Notes: a model not told the origin generated them from the sequence alone. 51,395 nt of DNA from Elusimicrobiota bacterium (GCA_046153645.1 JBJXGI010000104.1:1-51395), one strand, 5' to 3'; positions 38,875 to 49,282 are shown, numbered from the stretch's first letter. A program made the numbers and translations.

Positions 38875-40506
38875 CTAACTTGATTTGTATTTGTTGGTCA
38901 TGGGCATGCGGTGATCACGACCAAAAGACCTGGAGGTTATTTTAATTCCTGGTGGCGCTTGTCTTCTTTTATATTCATTCCTATCAATCAATGAGACGAT
39001 TTTTCGAACATAATCTGGGTTCTTGGGGTTTTCTTTTATCAATTCTTGAATTGATTTATTTTCTTCAACATAACCTGTAATAATGGGATCTAAGTCGGCA
39101 TATTTACCTAGAGAGTCCTCATCTTTTTGATTGTCTCGAAGTTCAGCTGTGGGAGGTCGAGTTATAACTGATTCGGGAATAATTTCTTTTCCCTGTTTTT
39201 TATTGATTTGGCGACATAAATCAAAGACTGTGGTTTTTAGGATGTCTTTTAAAACGGCCAGTCCGCCAGCGGTATCTCCATAGAGAGTGCAATATCCGGT
39301 AGATGTTTCCGATTTATTCCCGGTGGTCAATATGAGCCAGCCAAATTTATTGGAGAGCGCCATAAGTAGCGTGCCACGCACCCTGGCTTGAATGTTTTCT
39401 TCTGCTAGACCAGATTGCGTTCCCTCAAAAGATTTTTTGAGGGAGCTGAGAAAGTTTTCGTAAATATTTTGAATCGGAATTTCCATAAATTCAATGCCAA
39501 GATTTTCCGCGCATTTTCTTGCATAACTTTTTGTTTCAGAAGAGTTGTATCGACTTGGCATCGTAATACCAACCACACGGTCTGAACCTAAGGCTTCAAC
39601 TGCTAAGGCTACAACCAAGGATGAATCGATTCCTCCCGAAAGTCCGAGAGCCACTTTTTTAAAACCATTTTTGTTGACATAGTCTTTTAGTCCGAGTACA
39701 AGTCCGGCATGAATTTCTTCAAGTTCAGTGAGAGGTGGCGTTAATTCCCATTCTGGTTGAATGAGAAGTTTTTTATTATTCTTGGAGATATCAACAACAA
39801 ATAGTCCTTCTTTAAATAAAGGTGCTTGGGCTAGAATCTTGCCGTTGGGAGCGACAATGAAACTGCCACCATCAAAAACCAATTCATCTTGACCGCCAAT
39901 TAAGTTGCAATAAATAACCGGGCATCCTAATATTTTTGCGGTTTTGGCGATTACTTTGTGGCGATGAGATAACTTCGATTTATGAAAAGGACTTGCAGAG
40001 ATATTAATAACAAAATCAGGTTTTTCTTTTTTTAGTTTTTTAATGTGTTCATCTATAACCCAGATATCTTCACAAATAGTGAGGCCAATTTTTATGTTTT
40101 GGTAGGTAAAAACTTTGATTTTTGATCCTTTTGAGAAATACCGTTCTTCATCAAAAACCCCATAATTTGGTAAGCAACATTTTTGATATCGCGAAATTAT
40201 TTTTCCATTTTTAAAAACAGCCGCCGAATTAAAAGGTTTATTTTTTTTATTTATTTCAATAAATCCAACAACACCTGAAAAATCATTTACGGTTTGAGAG
40301 ATATTTTTAAGTGTTTTTTCATTGTCATGAAGAAATGCGGGTTTCAAGATGAGATCTTCCGGCGGATACCCAGAGAGGAAGAGTTCAGGGAATAAAACAA
40401 AGTCGCAATTTTTTGCTTGGGCTTGGCCCCAAGTTTTTTTCAGAATATCGAGATTACCAATGAGATCCCCGACGGTGGCATTAACTTGTGCCAATCCTAT
40501 TCGCAT
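38875..40506 (-). CDS. nadE: Glutamine-dependent NAD+ synthetase
   Basis: Nitrilase domain (FPEL, LPNYGVFDE, ICED) plus synthetase (LSGGIDS, TGNKSE, EYKRRQ). Confidence 0.96.
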   Translation of the reverse strand: MRIGLAQVNATVGDLIGNLDILKKTWGQAQAKNCDFVLFPELFLSGYPPEDLILKPAFLHDNEKTLKNISQTVNDFSGVVGFIEINKKNKPFNSAAVFKNGKIISRYQKCCLPNYGVFDEERYFSKGSKIKVFTYQNIKIGLTICEDIWVIDEHIKKLKKEKPDFVINISASPFHKSKLSHRHKVIAKTAKILGCPVIYCNLIGGQDELVFDGGSFIVAPNGKILAQAPLFKEGLFVVDISKNNKKLLIQPEWELTPPLTELEEIHAGLVLGLKDYVNKNGFKKVALGLSGGIDSSLVVALAVEALGSDRVVGITMPSRYNSSETKSYARKCAENLGIEFMEIPIQNIYENFLSSLKKSFEGTQSGLAEENIQARVRGTLLMALSNKFGWLILTTGNKSETSTGYCTLYGDTAGGLAVLKDILKTTVFDLCRQINKKQGKEIIPESVITRPPTAELRDNQKDEDSLGKYADLDPIITGYVEENKSIQELIKENPKNPDYVRKIVSLIDRNEYKRRQAPPGIKITSRSFGRDHRMPMTNKYKSS

Positions 40507-41718
40507 TTATTTAACCATGTCGTGGGCAAGGATAATGGCTTCACTAATTTCTTTCATGGATTTCCTGCGGTCCATGCTTTGGCGTTGAATTTCGCGAAAC
40601 GCTTGAGGTTCACCAATCTTTTTTGTTTCCATTAAAATACCTTTGGCCCGTTCAATTACTTTCCTGGCTTCAAGAGCTTCTTGTGCGGCTAATTTTTCTG
40701 ATAAGAGTCGAGTGTTTTCAATGGCCGAAGCACATTGATTAGCGACGGATTGAGCAAAAGAAATTTCATCTTTGGTGTAGTGGTGTTCAACTGGTAAATA
40801 TGAATTTAAAACTCCCAATACTTTTCCTTTATACATCATGGGCACTGATAAAAGGGCAACCAGTCCTTGTCTAATGGCAAGATCTCTAAATTGATAGGAA
40901 GATTCGTTACGTACGTCTTTGGCCGTTACATATTGTTTGGTTAATACGGCTTTTCCAGAGAGACTTCCATGAACTTTGACAGGAGGTTTATTTTGATACT
41001 CAGGATCTAATGATTGAGACGCGACGATCCGTAGTTCCTGTCCTTTATCATCAAGTAGCATAATAGAGCAGATATTCGTACCCATCATTTGCGCTGTCAT
41101 GTTGACAATAAGTTGCATGATTTCTTCTGGATAGCGGTCTAGAGTCAGTGTGTGAGATACGGCTGTGAGAGCTTCAAGCGCTTTGGCTCGTTTTCTTGTT
41201 TCATCGTAGAGTCGGGCTGTTTCGATGGCACCGCCAATTTGTTTCCCTATCATGGTCAGTATATTTATGAGTCGAGGAGAATAAGTGTGAGGTTTTTTAT
41301 GTTGAACATTGATAACTCCCACCAAAGTATTTTTAATTAAAATGGGAATTGAAAGAAATGCTTGGTAAATATCTTCGGGGAGTGCCCCTTTAAACCGAGG
41401 ATCTTTGTGTGCGTCTTTAGATAGTGCGAGGGTTTTGTGGTGTTTAGCGACCCATCCGGTAATTCCTTCTCCTATTTTTAATCTTAAATGGCCAATTTCC
41501 TGTGGATGAGGTGTTTTAGATGCGGAAAGCACTAAGTCATTGGTGGTTAAGTCGAGTAGATATAAAAAGCAAGCATCCGCTTTGGAGAGTTTATTCACCA
41601 GACTAATGGTTTCATCAAGTGTATGTTGTAATTCAAGTGTGGATGAAAAAAGAGTGGATAAGTCTGAAAATATTTTCAGTTCATCTAATGGGTCACTTTG
41701 AGATATTTTCTTTTTCAT
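40507..41718 (-). CDS. GAF-GAF-ANTAR RNA-binding regulator
   Basis: Two GAF domains (GEGITGWVA; LLSVPM) and ANTAR (ARKVIERAKGILM...SMDRRKSMKEIS). Confidence 0.9.
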   Translation of the reverse strand: MKKKISQSDPLDELKIFSDLSTLFSSTLELQHTLDETISLVNKLSKADACFLYLLDLTTNDLVLSASKTPHPQEIGHLRLKIGEGITGWVAKHHKTLALSKDAHKDPRFKGALPEDIYQAFLSIPILIKNTLVGVINVQHKKPHTYSPRLINILTMIGKQIGGAIETARLYDETRKRAKALEALTAVSHTLTLDRYPEEIMQLIVNMTAQMMGTNICSIMLLDDKGQELRIVASQSLDPEYQNKPPVKVHGSLSGKAVLTKQYVTAKDVRNESSYQFRDLAIRQGLVALLSVPMMYKGKVLGVLNSYLPVEHHYTKDEISFAQSVANQCASAIENTRLLSEKLAAQEALEARKVIERAKGILMETKKIGEPQAFREIQRQSMDRRKSMKEISEAIILAHDMVK

Positions 41719-41760
41719 AGTTATCCTTTATATCATTTCAGGGTCTTTTGTTTAATCAGA

Positions 41761-41789
41761 TTGACGCTTCTTTAGCCCTCTGTTAGACT
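41761..41789 (+). promoter_or_regulatory. Sigma70-like promoter of the HD-GYP gene
   Basis: TTGACG-N17-TAGACT with TG before the -10. Confidence 0.55.
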
Positions 41790-41803
41790 TGGCCTTCAAT
41801 TTT

Positions 41804-42775
41804 ATGGTGAAACAATTTAATATCGTTATCGGGAATGCGGGGGAATTCTTCCCTGACATTCATCTTCATTTCTCTCATCATAGCGATTTTAAGCTGAAAG
41901 TTGTTACGACAGGTCATGATGTTTTGCATTCTGTTCAAAATGGTGGTTTAGTTGATTTGGTTGTTGTTTCGGCTTCTATTAAATCACCTGATTTTTCCGA
42001 AGTCTGTCGTCAAATAAAAAATGACCCACGTCATGGACTTACGCCGATTTTACTATTGGCTCACCCCACAGATGGCATGAACTCTCAGAAAATCCTTGAG
42101 ATGGGGTTTGATGATATTCTTTTCCATCCTGTTTCATCAGAGGCCATTTTGTCCAGAGCCCATTCTTTGGTGAGATTAAAATACATTGCTGATGAATTGG
42201 ATGATGCTGAAAGCGTGCTTTATACATTGGCTCGCACGATTGAAGCAAAAGACCCTCATACCATGGGTCATGCGGATCGTGTGGCTCAGTTTGCAGTTGA
42301 GTTAGGAAAAGCCATGGGAGGAAGTTCAGGTGACATTGCCGCTCTTAGGAAAGGTGGAATGTTGCATGATGTAGGAAAAATCGCTATTCCTGATTCCATT
42401 TTGTTGAAGCCTGGAAAGTTAACTTTAGATGAGTTTGACACGATGAAAAAACATCCTACTTTAGGGTGCGAGATTTGCCAAAAATTGCGCTCTATTAAAG
42501 ATGCTCTGCCTCTGATTAAGCATCATCATGAAAAATTAGATGGAACTGGATATCCCGCCGGTCTTAAAGGCGACGAGATTCCTTTATTGGTTAGAATGGT
42601 GAGCGTGGTTGATATTTATGACGCGCTTCGCTCAAGACGTTCATATAAAGAGCCTTTTTCATTAGAAACAACGTTTAAAATTATGTGGGAAGAAGCCGAT
42701 AAAGGTTGGTGGGATAAAAAAATTCTTGCTGCCTGGGAAAAATTAGTTTTTGAAAATCAGCAACAACTCGCCTGA
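41804..42775 (+). CDS. REC-like plus HD-GYP cyclic-di-GMP phosphodiesterase (RpfG-like)
   Basis: EAKDPHTMGH, LHDVGK, HHEKLDGTGYP, DIYDAL. Degenerate receiver domain. Confidence 0.88.
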   Translation: MVKQFNIVIGNAGEFFPDIHLHFSHHSDFKLKVVTTGHDVLHSVQNGGLVDLVVVSASIKSPDFSEVCRQIKNDPRHGLTPILLLAHPTDGMNSQKILEMGFDDILFHPVSSEAILSRAHSLVRLKYIADELDDAESVLYTLARTIEAKDPHTMGHADRVAQFAVELGKAMGGSSGDIAALRKGGMLHDVGKIAIPDSILLKPGKLTLDEFDTMKKHPTLGCEICQKLRSIKDALPLIKHHHEKLDGTGYPAGLKGDEIPLLVRMVSVVDIYDALRSRRSYKEPFSLETTFKIMWEEADKGWWDKKILAAWEKLVFENQQQLA

Positions 42776-42832
42776 GTTAGTCCTCGTTTTGTTTCTCATT
42801 GTTCTTCAGTAGAGTTTTTTGGAGTTTAATAT

Positions 42833-43687
42833 ATGGAGATTCAAATTTTTGGTTTTGCCTTCACAGTTTATTTCGCCACTCTCTGTCTTTTTTTCGCCTA
42901 TGCCATAACGAAACGAGAGCAACTGGGACGTTTATCTAGATGGTTGTTAATTTTAGCTGTTACGATTCATATCGTTAGTTTGGTCTTGCGTGCTATTCAC
43001 GGTAGGCAAATGCCCGATCATTCCTGGTATGTTCCATGGAGTAATCGGTTTGAAAGTTTATCGTTGTTTGGTTTAGTCATTGCTACGGAATATTTAATTA
43101 TCCAATGGAAAAAGGATATTCCTATTGTTGGTGTTTTCATTATGCCAGTTGTTTTTTTGATGTTGTTTTTGGCGGTGAATTCACCTTCGGGAACTCAAAT
43201 CCCTCAAGTATCTTCAACCCTTCAATCTTATTGGATGGCCATTCATATCCCTGTGATGTTTATTTCGTATGCCCTTTTTGCTAATGCGTTTGCTCTTGGC
43301 CTTGCTTATTTAATTGGTGAACGGCAATTAAAATCTAAAAAAATAAGCGTTATTTCTTATCGATTGCCATCTTTAGATGAGCTGGATCATTTGATTTATA
43401 AAGTAATTTGGGTTGCCTTTCCCTTGTTAACTTTGGGGCTTCTTTTAGGGGCTCGTTGGGCCTATGACGCGTGGGGAAGATATTGGGGATGGGATGCCAA
43501 AGAAACATGGGCCCTTATTACATGGCTTATTTATTTAGGTTACTTACATATGCGTTTGATTGTTGGATGGCGAGGGCGAAAATCGGCCTATTTGTCTTTG
43601 ATTGGTTTTGCTGTTGTTTTATTCACTTATTTTGGTGTGAGCACTTTTTCTAAATTACATGGCTTTTTATCTCATGGCGCACACTGA
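42833..43687 (+). CDS. ccsA: Cytochrome c biogenesis protein CcsA/CcsB
   Basis: LQSYWMAIH, WAYDAWGRYWGWDAKETW (WWD motif). Confidence 0.92.
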   Translation: MEIQIFGFAFTVYFATLCLFFAYAITKREQLGRLSRWLLILAVTIHIVSLVLRAIHGRQMPDHSWYVPWSNRFESLSLFGLVIATEYLIIQWKKDIPIVGVFIMPVVFLMLFLAVNSPSGTQIPQVSSTLQSYWMAIHIPVMFISYALFANAFALGLAYLIGERQLKSKKISVISYRLPSLDELDHLIYKVIWVAFPLLTLGLLLGARWAYDAWGRYWGWDAKETWALITWLIYLGYLHMRLIVGWRGRKSAYLSLIGFAVVLFTYFGVSTFSKLHGFLSHGAH

Positions 43688-43705
43688 GGGTTAGAGAGAA
43701 ATTTT

Positions 43706-44776
43706 ATGGGAATTGTGATGATGGGGTTATCTCATAAAACAGCCCCTGTTGAAATAAGAGAAAAACTGAATATCCCATTGCCTCAATTGGGAGAGGCTTT
43801 GGATCGTTTAAAAGCATCTCCTGAGCTTTCGGAAGCTGTTATTCTGTCTACCTGTAATAGACTGGAAGTTTATGCTCGCCCCGTTTCTGAAAAAACAAAA
43901 ACACTTGAATCGATTGCTGGCTTTTTAATTGAACGATATCAACAGCCTCATTTAGAGAATGCTTTATATCATTGCCAATCCCAGTTAGCAGTTAACCACT
44001 TATTCCGAGTTGCTTCTGGTTTGGATTCACTTGTGGTTGGAGAATCGGAAATTTTAGGGCAAGTAAAAGCGTCTTATCAGTTTGCTCAGAGACATGGAAC
44101 GACTGGGAAAATTACCAATGTTCTTTTTCAGCGAGCTCTTTTTGTTGGGAAAAATGTGAGAACAAAAACAGCCATTTCTGAAGGTTCTAGTTCTGTGGGC
44201 AGTGTGGGAGTGCAATTGGCAGAGCGGATTTTTGGCTCACTTCATCAGAAAAAAGTTTTATTGATAGGTGCGGGAAAAATAGCAGAAGTAACTGCACGTC
44301 ATTTGTTAAGTCAAAAAGCCACGGATATTCTTGTGTTAAATAGAACTCTTGAAAAAGCTGAAGAGCTAGCAAAACTATTAAATGGGAAAGCGGCGCCTTT
44401 ATCGTATCTATCGGAGGCTTTGACCGAAGCTGATATTGTGATTTGTTCCACATCCTCAGATAAACCCATTATAAAAAAACATGAAATCGAAACTTTGATG
44501 AAAGTACGCAAGGGGCATTCTTTATATTTTATTGATATTGCTCTTCCTCGTAATGTTGAAAGTGAAGTTCATGATATAGATAATGCTTATGTCTATAATT
44601 TGGATGATTTAAAAAATATTGTTGATGAAAATATGGGGAAACGAAAAGAAGTGGTTCAAGAAGCGGAAAGCATAGTTGAAAAATCGGCCAGCGATTTTTA
44701 CGATTGGATTAGAGCTACTTTGGAAGGGCGATCTCACGCGTTACGTCACACACCTTCAGAGAAACAGTTAGGTTAG
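43706..44776 (+). CDS. hemA: Glutamyl-tRNA reductase
   Basis: HKTAPVEIRE, STCNRLE, GLDSLVVGESEILGQ, IDIALPRN. Confidence 0.96.
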   Translation: MGIVMMGLSHKTAPVEIREKLNIPLPQLGEALDRLKASPELSEAVILSTCNRLEVYARPVSEKTKTLESIAGFLIERYQQPHLENALYHCQSQLAVNHLFRVASGLDSLVVGESEILGQVKASYQFAQRHGTTGKITNVLFQRALFVGKNVRTKTAISEGSSSVGSVGVQLAERIFGSLHQKKVLLIGAGKIAEVTARHLLSQKATDILVLNRTLEKAEELAKLLNGKAAPLSYLSEALTEADIVICSTSSDKPIIKKHEIETLMKVRKGHSLYFIDIALPRNVESEVHDIDNAYVYNLDDLKNIVDENMGKRKEVVQEAESIVEKSASDFYDWIRATLEGRSHALRHTPSEKQLG

Positions 44777-44779
44777 AAA

Positions 44780-45715
44780 ATGAAGCAGAATAAAATAATT
44801 ATTGGTTCTCGGTCTTCTCTTTTAGCTTCTACTCAAACGAAGTGGGTTGTAAAAGAACTCAATAAATATTTCCCCGACCTTCAGATAGAAATAAAATGGA
44901 TTTCAACGCAAGGAGATCGGTTGTCTGAGGCAGGAACCCAAGGGTCTTTAGGCAAAGGAATTTTTGTTAAAGATATTGAACAAGCCCTTTTAAATAAAGA
45001 AATTGATTTAGCTGTTCACTCGTTAAAAGATGTTCCTCAAGAATTACCGGATGGTCTGATATTAGGGCCGTTTCCTAAAAGAGAAAACCCGAATGATGTT
45101 TTTATTAGTCGATTTGGAGAACTTTTAGAAGAATTGCCGAAAGGTTCTACGATTGGAACCAGCTCTCCCCGGCGTCGGGCGCAAATTTTATTTCATTATA
45201 AAAAACGACAGTATCGGGTAGAAAACATTCGTGGAAATGTCGATACACGACTTAAAAAATTACAGGATGGAAAATTTGATGGAATTATTTTAGCGCAAGC
45301 AGGATTAAATCGCCTTGGGCTTCAAAGTGAAATAACTCAAGTTATAGAACCCTCTGTTTTATTGCCAGCCCCCTGTCAGGGATGTTTGGGTTTAGAATTG
45401 AGAATGAATGATCAAACTATATTTGATTTCATTTCAGTTCTTAAAGATCCCATATCAGATATAACAGCGAGGGCTGAAAGAGCTTTTCTTCAAGGAGTTG
45501 GTGGCGATTGTTATGTCCCCTTGGGTTGTCTGGCCAAAATTGATCAAGAGTCTCTTCATATGGATGCTGTTGTTTTAGATGTTGATGGTACAAAAAGAAT
45601 TTTAACAGATCATTCTGGTTCGGTTCATACACCTGAATTGGTTGGGGCGGAGTGCGCGGAGAAATTATTGTTTGTTGGTGGATCTGAAATTTTAATGGGG
45701 AATAGAGTTAAGTGA
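44780..45715 (+). CDS. hemC: Hydroxymethylbilane synthase
   Basis: GKGIFVK, AVHSLKD, GTSSPRR, IRGNVDTRL. Confidence 0.96.
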   Translation: MKQNKIIIGSRSSLLASTQTKWVVKELNKYFPDLQIEIKWISTQGDRLSEAGTQGSLGKGIFVKDIEQALLNKEIDLAVHSLKDVPQELPDGLILGPFPKRENPNDVFISRFGELLEELPKGSTIGTSSPRRRAQILFHYKKRQYRVENIRGNVDTRLKKLQDGKFDGIILAQAGLNRLGLQSEITQVIEPSVLLPAPCQGCLGLELRMNDQTIFDFISVLKDPISDITARAERAFLQGVGGDCYVPLGCLAKIDQESLHMDAVVLDVDGTKRILTDHSGSVHTPELVGAECAEKLLFVGGSEILMGNRVK

Positions 45716-47238
45716 AAAAAGGAAAGGTTTTTATTGTCGGAGCTGGACCTGGAGACCCAGGGCTTTTAACGGTTCGAGGTCTTCGTTTATTAGAGCGAGC
45801 GGACGCAGTGGTTGTTGATGATTTGGTTAATCCGAAAATTATTTTCCAGTATGTCTCATGTCCTGTCTACTATGTCGGCAAACGTGGCCCTGGTTCACTT
45901 CAGGGAGCCTATATTACATTCGAACAAAAAAAAATAAATCATCTGCTGGTTAAATTGGCCAATCAAGGAAAACGAGTTGTGCGGTTAAAGGGAGGGGATC
46001 CCTTTATTTTTGGTCGGGTTAGTGAAGAAATTGAATTTCTAAAAAAAAATAAAATTTCATTTCAATTGGTTCCCGGTGTTTCTTCTGCTATTGCAGCCCC
46101 TGCTTATGCCGGTATTCCAGTCACCGATCGACGATTTTCGTCTCATGTCACATTTTTAACCGGGCAAGGAGCAAGACAAAAAGGAAGCGCGTCCCTGCCT
46201 TTTCAAGTGGAGGATCTTCCTAAAAATGGAACTCTGGTTGTTTTAATGGGGGTTCATCAGTGGGTTAAAATAAAAAACCAACTTCTCGAGAAGGGCTGGG
46301 CGCCCAACACACCTGTTGCAGCCATTGAATCGGCTACTTTACCCGAACAAAAAGTCATTGTGACCTCTTTGGTTGATTCCTCAAAAATATTTTCTTCGAA
46401 TAACATTCATTCCCCCTGTGTTTTTGTCATCGGACAGGTTGCTGGTTTGGCCAAAAAATATGATTGGTTGAAAGCAGAATTCCCTTTGTTGGGTTGTTCG
46501 GTTGTGGTAACCAGACCGCTTAAACAAAGTCAAGAAGTGATAGGAAAATTAGAGGAGAAAGGAGCGCATGTTCTGTGCTGCCCAACCATTAAGATTGACC
46601 CTATCTTAGAATCTCCAGAGATTGATCGCGCACTCACACAACTTAAGAACAATAAAATCGATAGAATTATTTTTCTTAGTTCAAATGCGGTTCAAATTTT
46701 TTCAGATATTTTAATGAAAGAAAAAATTGTTTTTTCAAATGTTTTTACTGTTTGCGTGGGGCCAGCAACTGCGAAGATAGCCCAAAATTTAGGGTGGAAT
46801 GTTAAAAAGGTCCCATCTGAGTTTAATGCTGAAAAAATTATTGCGGAAATAGGAAACATTAAAAATGAAAATATATTAATTCCTCGTGTATTGTCTGCCC
46901 CGCAAGAGATATGGAACCCTTTGAAAAAAAAGGGAGCTCGCATGATTCATGTTCCTATTTATGAAAATGCTCCGGTTGGTTTAAGTAAAGAAGATAAGAA
47001 AAAAGTCTTAGCCCGTGTTGATGCGATATTTTTTACCTCTGCTTCAACAGCGGATTCATTTTTTAAGTCATTTAATGACTCAGAGATCATGAAAATAGCC
47101 GACCATTCAAAATTTATTTCTATTGGAGAGAAAACCTCTCATGCGATTCGAAAGTATGTAAGGAAAAACATTATCCAATCAGAAGTCTCAACATTGGATG
47201 CGATGGTAGAATCTATTACCGAGAGTTTTAATAAATAA
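45712..47238 (+). CDS. cobA: Uroporphyrinogen-III C-methyltransferase / uroporphyrinogen-III synthase fusion (CobA-HemD)
   Basis: VGAGPGDPGLLT, RLKGGDPFIFGR. C-terminal VVVTRP, FLSSNAV, FTSAST. Confidence 0.92.
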   Translation: MKKGKVFIVGAGPGDPGLLTVRGLRLLERADAVVVDDLVNPKIIFQYVSCPVYYVGKRGPGSLQGAYITFEQKKINHLLVKLANQGKRVVRLKGGDPFIFGRVSEEIEFLKKNKISFQLVPGVSSAIAAPAYAGIPVTDRRFSSHVTFLTGQGARQKGSASLPFQVEDLPKNGTLVVLMGVHQWVKIKNQLLEKGWAPNTPVAAIESATLPEQKVIVTSLVDSSKIFSSNNIHSPCVFVIGQVAGLAKKYDWLKAEFPLLGCSVVVTRPLKQSQEVIGKLEEKGAHVLCCPTIKIDPILESPEIDRALTQLKNNKIDRIIFLSSNAVQIFSDILMKEKIVFSNVFTVCVGPATAKIAQNLGWNVKKVPSEFNAEKIIAEIGNIKNENILIPRVLSAPQEIWNPLKKKGARMIHVPIYENAPVGLSKEDKKKVLARVDAIFFTSASTADSFFKSFNDSEIMKIADHSKFISIGEKTSHAIRKYVRKNIIQSEVSTLDAMVESITESFNK

Positions 47239-47252
47239 CATGAAAGGAAATT

Positions 47253-48056
47253 ATGGAAAATATTAGTGAATTGTATTTCATAACAAAAAAGGCTCTTCTT
47301 CTGGCGGGAAATGAAGTTCGAAAATCTTTTTATAAAAACAAAAAAGTGACATTTAAAGATTCCACAAGCCCTGTCACAGAAGTGGACGTAAGATGCGAAA
47401 GAATTATTATCGCTACCATTAAGAAAAAATTCCCCCAACACACTTTTTTGGCAGAAGAATCTGCTTTTATTAAAAAAGGGGATTTAGGGCCTGCCAAAGG
47501 CGACCGTTATAGGTGGGTGATTGATCCCATTGATGGAACGGTCAATTTTATTCATCAAATCCCACAAGTGTGTGTTTCTATTGCTGTTGAATCAAATGGA
47601 GTGACACTGGTGGGAGGTGTTTTTGACCCCATTAAAAATGAATTATTCATGGCCGTCAAAGGGAAAGGGGCGACATTAAACGGGAAGAAAATTGTTGTTT
47701 CAAAAAAAAGCGATTTTAAAAAATCATTACTTATCACTGGTTTTCCTTATGACCGCGATAAACATGCTAAAAAATTATGTCAATACCAGTTCAATGTTTT
47801 AAAGAAGGGGATTGATATCAGACGTTTTGGATCCGCAGCACTTGACTTGTGTTGGTTGGCGGCCGGTCGCGCTGAGGGGTTCTGGGAAATAAATTTGCAA
47901 CCGTGGGATGTGGCTGCAGGGGTCCTTATTTTAAGTGAAGCAGGAGGACGTACGACTGATTTTAAGGGAAACCCTTTTCATTTAGATCGTACCACCGAAA
48001 CTTTGGCGACCAACGGGAAAATTCATCGCCAAATGATTGAAACATTGAATACTTGA
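47253..48056 (+). CDS. suhB: Inositol monophosphatase family protein
   Basis: AEE, WVIDPIDGTVNF, RRFGSAALD, WDVAAG. Confidence 0.9.
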   Translation: MENISELYFITKKALLLAGNEVRKSFYKNKKVTFKDSTSPVTEVDVRCERIIIATIKKKFPQHTFLAEESAFIKKGDLGPAKGDRYRWVIDPIDGTVNFIHQIPQVCVSIAVESNGVTLVGGVFDPIKNELFMAVKGKGATLNGKKIVVSKKSDFKKSLLITGFPYDRDKHAKKLCQYQFNVLKKGIDIRRFGSAALDLCWLAAGRAEGFWEINLQPWDVAAGVLILSEAGGRTTDFKGNPFHLDRTTETLATNGKIHRQMIETLNT

Positions 48057-48061
48057 GTAGC

Positions 48062-49219
48062 TTAAATCGAAAATTCCTCTAAGAAAGTTAGTGGGTTGTG
48101 TGAAAATCTCAAGTAATTTTCCATATTTATAATGCAGGTTCGAATATTTTTAAAACGTTGACTGAAAAGTTGTAAACCTTTTATTTGGCGTTTTCTTGCT
48201 GATTTCACTTCAATCCCAAATATCTTTTCTCGAATTTTAAATACATAATCTACTTCGTTATTTCCCTCACGCCAGTAGAAAACATTGCCTCCAGGAATTC
48301 TTAATAAATCTGCGCCAACAATCGCTTCAAATACATGTCCTTTCTTTTCTGGATCGTTTAATGCTTCGGGGCCTGTTGCCAAAGTATAAAATGCGGGGCA
48401 TAAGGGAATAATTTTTGGACTTGAACCTTTTGTTATTAAGGTTTTGCTTGAATATTTTTCAAGTTTCTTAAAAAGATAGGCTCCTTCATAAAGTTCTAAA
48501 TAATGTTTGACGAGATCGGTGTTTCCTTTGTCGTGTAATTGACCTAGTAAGCGTGTGTAACTGACTTCTTGACCTGGATAGCCACAAAGAATTTCAAAAG
48601 CTTGTTTAAACAGCGCTGGTTTGGATACTGTTTGCTGCGTTAAAATATCCTGTCCAATAACAGTATCAATGATGGATGATTTCATGAGCGAAAACCAGCG
48701 AGGGAAGTCGTGAATATAGGGATAGGTACCAGGATATCCTCCAAAACGCATGTAAGTTTCTAAGTCTAATTGAAAAGCTTGGTTCGACTCTTCATAATTC
48801 CAATGCGAAACGGGAATCAGTTCAAATCGCCCTGTTAAACTTTCTGTTAATCCACTTTGAAGTGAAATTGAACTTGATCCGAGTAAGACACACTTAAGTC
48901 GATGGCTCTTTTGTTGGGCATCCCAAAGTTTTTTTATAATTCCAGACCAGTTTTCAATCTTCTGGATTTCATCGACAATGAAAACCGTTCCGGGGCCCTT
49001 TTCTTGGGCTTTTTGCCATTGTTCTTGAATCCAAAGATAGGAAGCCGAAAGAGTGTCGTCTGCCGACACATAAAGTGAAGAGGCAGATGTTTTTGTAAGG
49101 TATTGGTGAATTCCAGTCGTTTTGCCAACTTGGCGAGGCCCAAGAATAACTTGGATAAGGGGACTGGGCTCTTTCAGGCGAGATTCTAAAATTGAAACAA
49201 ACTCACGTTGTATTTGCAT
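48062..49219 (-). CDS. AAA+ ATPase with DUF4143 / PD-(D/E)xK-like C-terminus
   Basis: GPRQVGKTT, VDEIQ, LGSS, ESLTGR, GGYP, FYWRE..EVD..IEVKS. Confidence 0.88.
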   Translation of the reverse strand: MQIQREFVSILESRLKEPSPLIQVILGPRQVGKTTGIHQYLTKTSASSLYVSADDTLSASYLWIQEQWQKAQEKGPGTVFIVDEIQKIENWSGIIKKLWDAQQKSHRLKCVLLGSSSISLQSGLTESLTGRFELIPVSHWNYEESNQAFQLDLETYMRFGGYPGTYPYIHDFPRWFSLMKSSIIDTVIGQDILTQQTVSKPALFKQAFEILCGYPGQEVSYTRLLGQLHDKGNTDLVKHYLELYEGAYLFKKLEKYSSKTLITKGSSPKIIPLCPAFYTLATGPEALNDPEKKGHVFEAIVGADLLRIPGGNVFYWREGNNEVDYVFKIREKIFGIEVKSARKRQIKGLQLFSQRFKNIRTCIINMENYLRFSHNPLTFLEEFSI

Positions 49220-49234
49220 GCTATTAGTTTATCT

Positions 49235-49282
49235 ATTTTACTAGGTTTGTCTACAATAAATACTAGATAAATCTAGTAAAAT
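49235..49282. promoter_or_regulatory. Imperfect inverted repeat (candidate operator) upstream of the AAA ATPase
   Basis: ATTTTACTAGGTTTGTCTA ... TAGATAAATCTAGTAAAAT (17 of 19 complementary), with nested TACTAGAT-AA-ATCTAGTA. Confidence 0.5.

Noticed and set aside
73..49143. Numerous 60-180-aa antisense or alternate-frame ORFs inside recognised genes
   Set aside because: Shadow ORFs of well-supported CDSs, without RBS or motifs.
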